Shown here in pieces: positions 48,612-58,283 of a stretch of 64,000 nucleotides of DNA; position 1 is the stretch's first letter, and each line of letters begins with the position of its first letter. The stretch lies in the sequence record SRR2962707_2549; one strand, given 5' to 3'. The notes under the pieces were generated by a model. It was not told where the DNA came from. It ran no database searches and saw only the letters and a program-made list of their open reading frames with translations. The translations under genes were made by a program, and so were the position numbers.

Positions 48612-48958
48612 CTCTGGTCCTCAAAGCGACTGCAAATCATACGAGAACAAAGGATGGTGTTACATCAACGCTATCGTCAATTATTCTCTATCTTATTGAT
48701 TTATCTGAAATTTAAACAAGAGTGAACTTGAATTTATAGCTGCTGCATTTTTTGTTACAGATGATAGAGAGACGCGGTAGAAAATTGATAGGGGAATTAG
48801 TAATAATGTTTCTTATTCAGTGACTTAGAGTGCGCCATAACGAAAATTTTGCTTCACTATCGCAAGCAACCGGATTTATATCGTTGGGAATTGTAAGGAA
48901 ACTTATCGCAAGGTCACGCAGTATTTCTGCAAAAGACAGCTTTATTCTCCCAATAACA

Positions 48959-48994
48959 AATGCGCCATGGATCGTTTTTGATCCATGGCGCATT
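48959..48994 (-). terminator. Hairpin downstream of the TonB-dependent receptor gene
   Basis: AATGCGCCATGGATC-N6-GATCCATGGCGCATT, 15-bp stem. Confidence 0.75.
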
Positions 48995-49068
48995 GCAGCG
49001 TTTTTGATTAATTCAAGTTACCGTTACAGCCGTTAAACTTGAATGATCGATGTGTTTATAGACAGTTT

Positions 49069-51189
49069 TTACCAACCGATTTGTTTTGCAAATGTCAGCT
49101 TAAATGTCCGGCCAGTCGAGCGATTGGCCGCAAGGTTTTGGCGGTAGTCGGCGTTAAATAAATTATCTACCGAGAAACGCGTTTCAGTGCCAGCGAACGC
49201 CCCATCTTCAGGTTTCCAAGAGGCAAATAGATTGACCGTGTTCCAAGCCTTAGCCGAGCCATCTGCCTGCGGACCTCTTGATCCAAAAGCCTCAAAAATA
49301 TTCCGCCCTTCATCTGCAAAAGTCAGCTGAGCGCCACCTTCAAGGTTCCACTCCGGTTTACGCGCACCGATTGTTGCAACAACCTTATTTTGCGGCACTG
49401 TGGTGAGCGCCGTATTGGTCGTCAAATCATTGCCAACGGTGAACGTGTAAGCCAAGTTCGCAAACACATAGTCTGAATCATAGGCCGCTTCAATTTCAAC
49501 GCCATAAAGTTCAGCTTCCGCGATATTGCCATAGTAAGGAACACCAGTGCCGCTATTGGAAGCGATCATGTCAGTTATGTGGTTGTAGAAAACTGTGGTC
49601 TTGATCGCTGTTGAATCGCCGGCGGTGAGCAAATCATTATTAGAAAATGAAATGCCTGCTTCAATGCTGTTGGCTTTTTCTTTACGCAAATCGAGACTTG
49701 TGAGTTTGCCACGTCCTGACGAGTAAAGCTCATCTATCGTTGGCAGACGTTCAGTATGTGCCAAAGAACCAAATACGCTTACATTATCAGATAAATCATA
49801 TTGAGCGGCCAACTTTGGAGACAATGCATAGCCGTTGCGATCTGCCAATCCAGGTGTCGTTGGTGTGATCTGGTGTCCATCAACGCGCATGCCAGCAATG
49901 AACGTCAGCTTGTCATCTAAGATGAACTCATTTTGCGCAAATAGACCACCGCGCCGTTCCGTACCCTCAGGGTGTGTTGTGACATCAACATCGCCTGCGG
50001 GGAAGTACACGGTTCGGTCTTGTGAACTAGCTTGCAAACCAAATGTAAAATAGTTCTCAAATCTTTCGCCCGTCCATTCAACCGTGTTGTCAGCTTTAAA
50101 TTGGAAAGTTTGATATCCATAATCGGTGTCGGCAAAAGTGTCGGGTGGGGACGCATTGGTCAGCGGGCCATTATAAGTGTCGCGGTGATTGCGCTGCTCG
50201 TTGAGCGTGTCAGAATAGCTCAAAGACACATTAGCATTAAGCCATGGATTATCACTTGCTGGGTTCGACCATTCAATAACCGCCGTTTTGTCCGTCACAT
50301 AACGGTCGGTATATCCAAATCCGATGCCTGAAATGACACCCGTTGCGGCATAGGGCATTTGGTCTGCGCCGCTGTGCCAATGCTGATAGGACGCTTTAAG
50401 CGTCTGCTCGTTATTCTCACCAAAATGCGCAGTGCCTTTGATCAATCCGGAAAGCCCGTTAAATGATGATCCTTCCAGCGGAGCGCCATTGGCTTGCGTC
50501 ATTTCATTGGAACGCCGCCAATTGCCAGATGCAAGAACTTCAAAGCTGTCGTTAATACGCTGTGCAATCGTTGCCGAAGTTGTCGTTCCTGAACCGTTGC
50601 TATTAAAAGTTTCTTTTAGTTTTAAAGCACCATTCATGCCCGGTTCGATAAAGTCAGACGCATCTTTTGTCGTAAAGTTTATAACGCCGCCGATAGCCCC
50701 TGCACCATAAAGAGTAGATGAGGCAGGCCCGCGCAAAACTTCAACCTGTTTATAAAGTTCAGGATCTGAGAAAAATGATCCCATGCGGTACTGTTCAAAA
50801 AACTTCGGCATGCCGTCGACATTCACGATGATACGCGAGCCATCTGAGGAGTTCTCCGTTGTACCGATGCCGCGTATATTGAACGCTTCACCAAGCTGGC
50901 GGTTGGATCCTACAATGTTCACGCCCGGGACAGCATCAAACAAGTCGCCAGTCGTAGAGGCTTGTTGTTTGTCGATATCCTCTTGGTCCAGAACAGTAAC
51001 GGCCTGCGGTGTATCAATCGCAATTTTTTCTTCCCCAGCGCCAACAACAAGGCGGTTAAGAAGTGTCACTCTGTTTGATTTTTGTGTTTCGCTCGCCGTC
51101 GCTGCTTCTTCTTGTGCATAGGCAGCGCTTGTCAAAAGCATTGCCGCGCAGGCCAAAAGAACGCCCCGCCTTTTTTTAGCCAGTTCCAT
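49069..51189 (-). CDS. TonB-dependent heme/hemoglobin receptor (HmuR/ShmR-like)
   Basis: Signal peptide, plug VEVLRGP..LYG.GAIGGVIN, C-terminal W; divergent from hmuPSTUV; ATG at 51189 with GGAG SD. Confidence 0.88.
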   Translation of the reverse strand: MELAKKRRGVLLACAAMLLTSAAYAQEEAATASETQKSNRVTLLNRLVVGAGEEKIAIDTPQAVTVLDQEDIDKQQASTTGDLFDAVPGVNIVGSNRQLGEAFNIRGIGTTENSSDGSRIIVNVDGMPKFFEQYRMGSFFSDPELYKQVEVLRGPASSTLYGAGAIGGVINFTTKDASDFIEPGMNGALKLKETFNSNGSGTTTSATIAQRINDSFEVLASGNWRRSNEMTQANGAPLEGSSFNGLSGLIKGTAHFGENNEQTLKASYQHWHSGADQMPYAATGVISGIGFGYTDRYVTDKTAVIEWSNPASDNPWLNANVSLSYSDTLNEQRNHRDTYNGPLTNASPPDTFADTDYGYQTFQFKADNTVEWTGERFENYFTFGLQASSQDRTVYFPAGDVDVTTHPEGTERRGGLFAQNEFILDDKLTFIAGMRVDGHQITPTTPGLADRNGYALSPKLAAQYDLSDNVSVFGSLAHTERLPTIDELYSSGRGKLTSLDLRKEKANSIEAGISFSNNDLLTAGDSTAIKTTVFYNHITDMIASNSGTGVPYYGNIAEAELYGVEIEAAYDSDYVFANLAYTFTVGNDLTTNTALTTVPQNKVVATIGARKPEWNLEGGAQLTFADEGRNIFEAFGSRGPQADGSAKAWNTVNLFASWKPEDGAFAGTETRFSVDNLFNADYRQNLAANRSTGRTFKLTFAKQIGW

Positions 51190-51250
51190 AAATGTCTCCA
51201 AATATTTTGAATGCTGGCTTGCAGACGGCTGGCTTGCATAGTTTTTAATA

Positions 51251-51301
51251 TGATTGTTTTAGTCAAGTATTGCCTTTTATAAAACATGACTATATGAGTC
51301 A
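51251..51301. promoter_or_regulatory. Two IRO/RirA-type iron boxes (TGA-N9-TCA)
   Basis: TGATTGTTTTAGTCA at 51251-51265 and TGACTATATGAGTCA at 51287-51301. Confidence 0.8.
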
Positions 51302-51371
51302 ACTATTGAATGAAGAAAATGCCAAGCAAGCTACCAGCCAGCCAGGCAAGCCAGAATAGGCCAATCCTGTG

Positions 51372-51551
51372 ATGCAAAACGCTGATAACGTTGTTAAATC
51401 TGTAGAAAAGTCCGGTCAAAATAATCGGCAATCTTCCCATATCTCTAGCGCTGCGCTGTTCAAAGGCACGCGTGAAATTTCTATTGAGCATAATGGTGAG
51501 TTCTACCGGCTAAAAATCACGCGCCAGGACAAGCTTATTCTCAACAAATAA
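51372..51551 (+). CDS. hmuP: Hemin uptake protein HemP/HmuP
   Basis: LF....EI.IEH.G..Y.LKITRQ.KLILNK signature. Confidence 0.93.
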   Translation: MQNADNVVKSVEKSGQNNRQSSHISSAALFKGTREISIEHNGEFYRLKITRQDKLILNK

Positions 51552-51568
51552 GAGAGTTTGATAAGAGT

Positions 51569-52615
51569 ATGGTAGAACACACCAGTGCGAGCATTCGTAA
51601 GGCGAAGCTTGATAATCCGAAAAAGCGTGAGCGTGATATCGCGAATGAATTGGGCATTAGCGAAGCTGAATACGTAGAGGCATGGCTTGGTCATGGTGCA
51701 ACCCGCATCACAACCGATTTCGAAAGAATTTTTCCTGAAATGGAAGCGCTGGGGCCGGTGCTTGCGTTAACGCGCAATGAAAATGCGGTTCATGAAAAAA
51801 TCGGCGTTTACGATAACTTCATCAGCGGAAAGCGTGCTGCGATGATGCTGGGTGAACTGATCGATACCCGCATGTTTCCAGCGCACTGGGTTTATGGCTT
51901 TGCGTTTGAAAACACAGCCGGTGACACGGTCAAACGCAGCTTTCAGTTTTTTGACGCCCACGGTGAAGCTGTGCACAAAATTCATTTGCGCGAAGAAAGC
52001 AATATAGAAGCTTGGCAAAACCTAGCCCAAAAGCTTGCATTGGATGAACAATCAAGCGCGGTTTCTATTGAGCAAGTTAAAGCGCCAGTATTTGAAAATG
52101 ATCATGCTGTGCCGGTTGACGAATTGCGCACAAGCTGGCGCGCAATGACAGATACACACCAATTCTTCAACATTTTGAATCGGTTGAAAATCTCTCGCGT
52201 GAAAGCATTTGAGATCATTGGCGCAGAATTTGCGTGGAAAGTAGAGCCTGCGGCTGTCTCCAAAATGCTGCAAGATGCAGCGGATATAAAAGTGCCGCTA
52301 ATGTGCTTTGTCGCTAATCGTGGATGCATCCAAATTCATTCAGGGCCGGTGAGTCAAATTAAAGAGATGGGTCCGTGGCTCAACATTATGGACGAAACCT
52401 TTCATCTGCATCTTCGCCAAGACCGAATCCAAGATATTTGGGTGGTTCGCAAGCCAACAGATAAGGGCCATGTCACATCACTGGAAGCATATGACGCACA
52501 TGGCGAGTTGATTATCCAATTCTTCGGAAAGCGTGTTGAGGGACAGGATGAGCGCACTGAGTGGCGTGAAGTGCTGGAAAATCTTGCCAGCGCTGAAAAT
52601 TCAATAGCGGCTTGA
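51569..52615 (+). CDS. hmuS: Hemin-degrading/trafficking protein HmuS/HemS
   Basis: R.RDIA..LGISEAE, TRN..AVHE, DTHQF and N.GCIQIH.G. Confidence 0.94.
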   Translation: MVEHTSASIRKAKLDNPKKRERDIANELGISEAEYVEAWLGHGATRITTDFERIFPEMEALGPVLALTRNENAVHEKIGVYDNFISGKRAAMMLGELIDTRMFPAHWVYGFAFENTAGDTVKRSFQFFDAHGEAVHKIHLREESNIEAWQNLAQKLALDEQSSAVSIEQVKAPVFENDHAVPVDELRTSWRAMTDTHQFFNILNRLKISRVKAFEIIGAEFAWKVEPAAVSKMLQDAADIKVPLMCFVANRGCIQIHSGPVSQIKEMGPWLNIMDETFHLHLRQDRIQDIWVVRKPTDKGHVTSLEAYDAHGELIIQFFGKRVEGQDERTEWREVLENLASAENSIAA

Positions 52616-53502
52616 TGGGTAGTATAAAAATGCATCTTAAATCTCTCATCTTACCGGCATCTTTCTTTGCAAGTCTGTTTTTCACAGGGGCGAGTTATGC
52701 GCAGGACGCTCAAGCGAGCCGAATTGTTGCCGTTGGCGGATCAATAACCGAAATTGTCTATGCACTTGGCGAGGAAGAGCGGCTCATTGGCCGCGATTCC
52801 ACCAGTGTTTATCCGCCAGAGGCCTTGGCGCTCAAGGATACAGGTTACATCAGAGCGCTTTCACCTGAAGGCGTTTTGTCACTTAACCCTGACCTTATTC
52901 TGGCGCTTGATGGCGCAGGTCCGCCAGATGCACTTGCGACGCTTCAATCGGCGGGTGTCCGCGTTGTTATGATTCCCGAAGGTTATGACGAGGAAGCGAT
53001 CTCGCGCAAAGTGAAGGCTGTTGGGCAAGCACTTGGCGAGGAAGATAAAGCCAACGCACTCGCAGCGAAAATTGATCTGGCGTTAAGTGAAGCAATCAAA
53101 AAAGCAAATAACACCGAAACAAAACCGCGCGTGCTGTTTGTGTTGTCATTGCAGGGCGGCCGAATAATGGCTGCTGGTAGCGATAGCCATGCGGACGGCA
53201 TCATCAAATTGGCCGGCGGCGAGAACGTGATGGCGGCGATTACCGGCTACAAACAAATCAGTGATGAGGCGATAATCAAAGCTGCGCCGGACGTGATTTT
53301 AATGATGACGCGTGCTGGCGATCACACCGTTAACGATGACGCCGTGTTAGCGCAGGCAGCCATTGCCGCTACGCCTGCAGGAAAGGCAAAACAAGTCATC
53401 CGCATGGATGGTGCCTATCTTCTTGGTTTTGGCCCGAGAACGGCAGATGCTGTGGCAGATCTTCATGATGCACTTTACCCAGATGCTCAGGTAACGGATT
53501 AA
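52612..53502 (+). CDS. hmuT: Heme ABC substrate-binding protein
   Basis: GGSITEIVYALG, GYIRALS.EG and LGFGPR. Confidence 0.93.
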   Translation: MMGSIKMHLKSLILPASFFASLFFTGASYAQDAQASRIVAVGGSITEIVYALGEEERLIGRDSTSVYPPEALALKDTGYIRALSPEGVLSLNPDLILALDGAGPPDALATLQSAGVRVVMIPEGYDEEAISRKVKAVGQALGEEDKANALAAKIDLALSEAIKKANNTETKPRVLFVLSLQGGRIMAAGSDSHADGIIKLAGGENVMAAITGYKQISDEAIIKAAPDVILMMTRAGDHTVNDDAVLAQAAIAATPAGKAKQVIRMDGAYLLGFGPRTADAVADLHDALYPDAQVTD

Positions 53503-53506
53503 TCCA

Positions 53507-54604
53507 GTGTTAGATAATTCGCGTCTCATTTTAAACGGACCTGTTCCAGCGCCGACCCATTGGTCACGTGACCAATGGGCCAAGTTGGCATTGCCGCTGC
53601 TTGCCTTGTTGCTCGCAGTTTCTGCGTTCATTTCGCTGACAGCAGGTGCCTCTGATAGCTCGGCAATAAACGTGCTTCGCAATTATCTTGGTTTTTCCAG
53701 TGATGGTGACGTTACAGGACGCGATTTTCTAATCATCATGAATATCCGCATGCCGCGGGTTGTTATGGGCATGTTTGTTGGCGCAACCTTGGCGGTTTCA
53801 GGCGCTATAATGCAGGGCGTCTTTAGAAACCCATTGGCTGATCCGGGGCTTGCTGGCGTGTCGGCAGGTTCAGGTCTGGGCGCGGCTACGATTATTGTGC
53901 TGGGCGGTTCGCTCGCAGCGCCTTTTATGGCTTTTATGGGCTTCTTAGCACTGCCATTGGCCGCATTTATTGGCGGGCTTTTGACCACCTTAATGCTCTA
54001 TAGTTTGGCAACGCAGCAAGGGCAGACATCCATCGCGACGATGCTGCTCGCAGGCATCGCCCTTGGCGCTCTGGCGATGGCGCTAACGGGCAGTCTTGTT
54101 TACATTGCTGATGATCGTGAATTGCGAGACCTCACATTTTGGGGGCTTGGTTCTCTGGCTGGTGCCAACTGGCTGAAGGTCACTACAATTGGCTGTGTTC
54201 TGTTTATTTCCTTGCTCATTCTGCCGTTTATGGCACGAGGGCTCAATGCGCTAACGATGGGCGAAGCGGTTGCTTATCACATGGGTGTGCCCGTTGAGCG
54301 CTTGAAAAAGAGCGCCATCGTTCTTGTCGCGGCCATGACTGGCGCAGCTGTCGCAGTCAGCGGCGGTATTGGCTTTGTAGGCATTGTTGTGCCGCATATT
54401 TTGCGTCTTTCAATTGGACCCGACCATCGTTTTCTCTTGCCTGGTTCTGCACTTCTTGGCGCATCCTTGCTGGCTCTCGCCGATGCCGTCGCGCGTACAA
54501 TCGTTGCGCCTGCCGAATTGCCGGTCGGGATTATTACCGCGCTATTTGGTGCACCATTTTTTCTTTGGATTTTGCTGCGCCGCCGCAACATTTTGGACAA
54601 TTAG
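53507..54604 (+). CDS. hmuU: Heme ABC permease
   Basis: FecCD family: IRMPR, FRNPLADP and GFVGIVVPH. Confidence 0.93.
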   Translation: MLDNSRLILNGPVPAPTHWSRDQWAKLALPLLALLLAVSAFISLTAGASDSSAINVLRNYLGFSSDGDVTGRDFLIIMNIRMPRVVMGMFVGATLAVSGAIMQGVFRNPLADPGLAGVSAGSGLGAATIIVLGGSLAAPFMAFMGFLALPLAAFIGGLLTTLMLYSLATQQGQTSIATMLLAGIALGALAMALTGSLVYIADDRELRDLTFWGLGSLAGANWLKVTTIGCVLFISLLILPFMARGLNALTMGEAVAYHMGVPVERLKKSAIVLVAAMTGAAVAVSGGIGFVGIVVPHILRLSIGPDHRFLLPGSALLGASLLALADAVARTIVAPAELPVGIITALFGAPFFLWILLRRRNILDN

Positions 54605-54613
54605 GAGAACTGC

Positions 54614-55429
54614 ATGTTTGAACTAACTGCGAATGATCTGGTCGTTCATTATGGGCGGCGCATGGTTTTGAAAAATGCCAATTTCACGGCCCAAGCGGGA
54701 GAGATAACCGTTATTGCCGGCCCTAACGGGTCTGGAAAATCAACGCTGGTGAAAGCAATTTGCGGCGAAATTAATTATCGCGGCGATGTCAAAATCAACG
54801 GCTCCAATATTGCCAAAATTCCAGCTTGGCAGCTCGCGGGAATGCGGGCAGTTCTGCCGCAAGAAACCAAGGTTTCATTTCCATTTACAGTCGGCGAAAT
54901 CATACGCCTTGGATTGAATGCAGGTGGTCGGTCAACTCAGACGAACGATCTGATCGAAGCCGCGCTGGAAAAGGTTGGCCTTCAAGGATTTTCTCAAAGA
55001 TTGCTGCCTCAGCTTTCTGGCGGCGAGCGCCAGCGTGTTCAATTGGCCCGTGTGCTTTGCCAAATTTGGGATCCTGTTGGCGAACTGGGACCGCGCTGGT
55101 TGATTATGGATGAGCCAGTGGCCAGCCTTGATGTTCATCACCAAATTTCTTTGATGGAACTTGCGCGTGATTATGCTGCAAAAGGTGGCGGTGTGATCGC
55201 TGTCATGCACGATCTCAATTTAAGCGCGCTTTATGCCGAAAAGATTGTGCTTATGGATGATGGTGTCATCGCGGCCAGTGGCGATCCTCAGTCGGTGTTC
55301 ACTGCATCAACACTCTGCAATGTATTTAACTGTCCGCTCCAGCCTAATTGTTCGCCGCAGGAGGGAACTTTTATCCTTCCTCATTCTGCTGTCGGCAATT
55401 CAGCAAACATCGCTATTGCGGCTGAGTGA
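54614..55429 (+). CDS. hmuV: Heme ABC ATPase
   Basis: GPNGSGKST, LSGGERQRVQLARVL.Q and HDLN. Confidence 0.93.
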   Translation: MFELTANDLVVHYGRRMVLKNANFTAQAGEITVIAGPNGSGKSTLVKAICGEINYRGDVKINGSNIAKIPAWQLAGMRAVLPQETKVSFPFTVGEIIRLGLNAGGRSTQTNDLIEAALEKVGLQGFSQRLLPQLSGGERQRVQLARVLCQIWDPVGELGPRWLIMDEPVASLDVHHQISLMELARDYAAKGGGVIAVMHDLNLSALYAEKIVLMDDGVIAASGDPQSVFTASTLCNVFNCPLQPNCSPQEGTFILPHSAVGNSANIAIAAE

Positions 55430-55447
55430 ATAGGAAAGGTTAAAGCC

Positions 55448-55876
55448 ATGTTTTATCGGACAATGAAGCTCACATTATTTTTGCTGCTCATGCTAACTTT
55501 CAGTTCTGCTTTGGCGCAAGAAGATGCGCCCAAGATCAATGTGGAGTTCAATCGGCTGACTGACACGCCCAATGGGTGCCGCTTCACTTTTGTGGTCTCC
55601 AATCAGCTGACACAGAGCGTTTCTAAAGCGGTGATTGAACTTGCCTTTTTTAACACGGAAGGTTTGGTCGAGCGGCTGACAGCGCTCAACTTTGGATCGC
55701 TTGCGGCAGGACGCGCCAGCGTTAAGCAATTTGAATTATCCGGCCCCCAATGCGGCAACTATTCACGACTTCTGATCAATGCAGTGAAAGCATGTGACGG
55801 CCTAACCGATGGCGTGAAGGCCTGCGATGCGGCGCTTGCCTTGTCCAACAAAACAGAAATTAAATTTGGAGTTTAG
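55448..55876 (+). CDS. Secreted hypothetical protein with four Cys, upstream of exbB
   Basis: Signal peptide; Cys in GCRF, QCG and two KACD. Confidence 0.75.
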   Translation: MFYRTMKLTLFLLLMLTFSSALAQEDAPKINVEFNRLTDTPNGCRFTFVVSNQLTQSVSKAVIELAFFNTEGLVERLTALNFGSLAAGRASVKQFELSGPQCGNYSRLLINAVKACDGLTDGVKACDAALALSNKTEIKFGV

Positions 55877-55878
55877 AA

Positions 55879-56568
55879 ATGGCGTCAGCTTTAGAGAATA
55901 TGATTTCACTTCTTAAATTAGGCGGCCCCGTTGTTACTATTATCGCATGTGTGTCGATTATTGCGCTCGCGCTAATTCTTGTAAAAGCATGGCAGTTTTG
56001 GATTTGCGGCGTTGGTCATCGTCGTAGCGCACGCGCTTTGCTGGCGCAGCTACGTGCGGGGCAGGTGACACCTAGTAAACTTTCCAATGCGCAACAGCGT
56101 AATCCAGCGTCAAGTGCGGTCGCCTTTGCATTCTCGCTTAAAAAACGAGGCTTTAAAAAAGCTGAAATTGAGGAGGAGGTTGGTCGTCACGCGGCAGTTA
56201 AAATGCATGAGCTGCAAAGCGGACTGCGGCTTTTGGATGCGATTGCACAACTAGCGCCCTTGATGGGACTGTTTGGAACGGTTCTCGGGATGATTGACGC
56301 ATTTCGGCAAATGCAGGGCGCAGGATCAAATGTTGATCCATCTTTGCTGGCTGGCGGCATATGGGTTGCGCTCTTAACAACAGCTGCGGGTCTGGTTGTG
56401 GCGATGCCGGTTTCGCTTGTCCTGACCTTGCTTGAAACACGCATTGAAAGTGAACGCGTTGCTATCGAAACACTCGTCAGCGAAGTCTTATCTCCTGTGT
56501 TAAACGCACAAGCGCGCGAAGACGTTGTTAAAGAGTTCCCTTCACGGAGCGCAGTTCATGCGCATTAA
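55879..56568 (+). CDS. exbB: MotA/TolQ/ExbB proton channel
   Basis: APLMGLFGTVLGMI and ALLTTAAGL. Confidence 0.92.
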   Translation: MASALENMISLLKLGGPVVTIIACVSIIALALILVKAWQFWICGVGHRRSARALLAQLRAGQVTPSKLSNAQQRNPASSAVAFAFSLKKRGFKKAEIEEEVGRHAAVKMHELQSGLRLLDAIAQLAPLMGLFGTVLGMIDAFRQMQGAGSNVDPSLLAGGIWVALLTTAAGLVVAMPVSLVLTLLETRIESERVAIETLVSEVLSPVLNAQAREDVVKEFPSRSAVHAH

Positions 56569-56938
56569 TATTGCGCAGCGGGAGCGGCGGCGTTTGTCGG
56601 TCACTTCGTTGATTGATATTGTTTTTCTGTTGCTGCTGTTTTTTATGCTGACATCATCATTTTCGCATTATTCTAAAACGCAGATTACATCGGCGCAAAG
56701 CGGTGGCGGTGCCAGCAGTGAGCACCCAGTTATTCTCGCCAAACCCTTAAAAGATGGTTGGCAGATCAACGGTCAATCAGTAAGCGATGGCGATATTGCT
56801 GGCTTTCTCCACCAATATTCAGACAGGGGTTTAGACCGCATTTTTCTGAGCGTCTCAGAGGATTTAAGCACGCAGCGGATGGTCGCTGCGCTAGAGGAAT
56901 TGCGCCAGCTAAAATTCAAAGTCACGGTGTCGAGATAA
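56558..56938 (+). CDS. exbD: ExbD/TolR family protein 1
   Basis: TSLIDIVFLLLLFFML. Confidence 0.9.
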   Translation: MRINIAQRERRRLSVTSLIDIVFLLLLFFMLTSSFSHYSKTQITSAQSGGGASSEHPVILAKPLKDGWQINGQSVSDGDIAGFLHQYSDRGLDRIFLSVSEDLSTQRMVAALEELRQLKFKVTVSR

Positions 56939-56941
56939 GCC

Positions 56942-57340
56942 ATGATGCAAATTGAACGGCGGCGAAAACCGCGGCAGATGGAAAACACCATTGCGCTCAT
57001 TAACATTGTTTTTCTGATGCTTGTTTTTTTCATGATTGCCGCAACAATCGCGCCAGCTTCCGCGCCGAAGGTCAATCCAATCACAACGCAGGATGCAAAA
57101 ACCACCACGCATGGCTTGATGCTTGGCGTTAATGTTGATGGCGTCCTGATTTATCAAGGAGAGGAAATTTCAGCTCAAGCCTATCTCGCCAGTTTGGAGA
57201 GTGGGGCTGGAGATAGCCCTGAAATTCGCCTTTTCCCCGACCGTGATCTGCCTGCGATAAAACTCTTGGATATTCTGACCGCGCTTAAGGATGCAGGCGG
57301 CGAAAATATAACCATTATCAGCGAACGGACGCAGCAATGA
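56942..57340 (+). CDS. exbD: ExbD/TolR family protein 2 (TM Asp replaced by Asn)
   Basis: IALINIVFLMLVFFM. Confidence 0.85.
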   Translation: MMQIERRRKPRQMENTIALINIVFLMLVFFMIAATIAPASAPKVNPITTQDAKTTTHGLMLGVNVDGVLIYQGEEISAQAYLASLESGAGDSPEIRLFPDRDLPAIKLLDILTALKDAGGENITIISERTQQ

Positions 57341-58212
57341 AATTGACTGCATTCCACTGGGCTGGTGCACTTATATTTTCAGTGTCTGCCCATTTTTTTG
57401 CTGCATCATTTATGGGTGAAAAGCCCGATCAAATGTTGATTGAAGGCAGCGCGGGTGATGTCGCGGTTGTGATGCTCGGCGATGCTGCCGCAGATGCAAT
57501 TGCTGCAGGTAATCCGTCAGATACGCTTGACGCGCAGGACGTGGCCGAGACTTTGCAAGAAAATGTGCAAGAAACCGAAACTGCGCAGGAACCCGTTGTA
57601 CAAGAAAATGTGTTGGTGTCTATAGAACAGGCGGTTGAGCCCGCAGCGCTCGAACAAGTGTCTGCAGAGGCACCAAACGAAGTGGAAGCTGTTGAAGAAG
57701 AGGTGCTGGCTGTAGAGACATTGCCAGTGCCTGCCGCTAGGCTGCAAAAATCGGAGGTTACGTCTAAAGAAACAACGAAAAAACCAGCAAAGAAAGAAAC
57801 CAAAAAGGCACCTAAAAAAACTACCGCAAAGAAAAAGGCTGGTAGCGGCGGTACGTCTAATACAAATACGCAAAAGAAGGCAGCAAAAGGCAATGTTGCG
57901 CCTAAAAGCAGCCAAGCAGGAAACGCTGCGGCTTCAAATTATCCAGGAAAGGTCGCTCGGCGCCTAAGCCGTTCGCTTCGCTATCCAAAAAGCGCGCTTC
58001 GGGGAAGCCGAACCGGTCAGGCAAATGTAAGTTTTGTTGTTACAAAAAATGGCCAAGCAAAGTCCATTCGCATTATAGCCAGTTCAGGAAATCCGGTGCT
58101 TGATGAAGCAGCTGTAGATGCAGTTAAACGCGCTTCTCCATTTCCACCTATTCCTGAGGACGCGGGGCGTGACCAATGGCAATTCACCGTGCCGATCTAT
58201 TTTAAACGATAG
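57337..58212 (+). CDS. tonB: Energy transducer TonB
   Basis: TM S...H motif, Glu/Lys-rich linker, YP and SSG...LD.AA...ASPFPP. Confidence 0.9.
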   Translation: MKLTAFHWAGALIFSVSAHFFAASFMGEKPDQMLIEGSAGDVAVVMLGDAAADAIAAGNPSDTLDAQDVAETLQENVQETETAQEPVVQENVLVSIEQAVEPAALEQVSAEAPNEVEAVEEEVLAVETLPVPAARLQKSEVTSKETTKKPAKKETKKAPKKTTAKKKAGSGGTSNTNTQKKAAKGNVAPKSSQAGNAAASNYPGKVARRLSRSLRYPKSALRGSRTGQANVSFVVTKNGQAKSIRIIASSGNPVLDEAAVDAVKRASPFPPIPEDAGRDQWQFTVPIYFKR

Positions 58213-58283
58213 TTGATCAGCGACCTAATTTCACTCGCGCGTGCGGAGTTTTAAAAGCGCTTTTAGTGCGTTCAAAAATCAAT

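Noticed and set aside
48830-49036. 68-aa ORF in the intergenic region before the heme receptor stop
   Set aside because: Runs through the receptor's terminator hairpin, has no clear SD and no recognisable motif.
57520-57900. Lys/Glu-rich low-complexity repeat-like DNA
   Set aside because: Ordinary TonB periplasmic linker.
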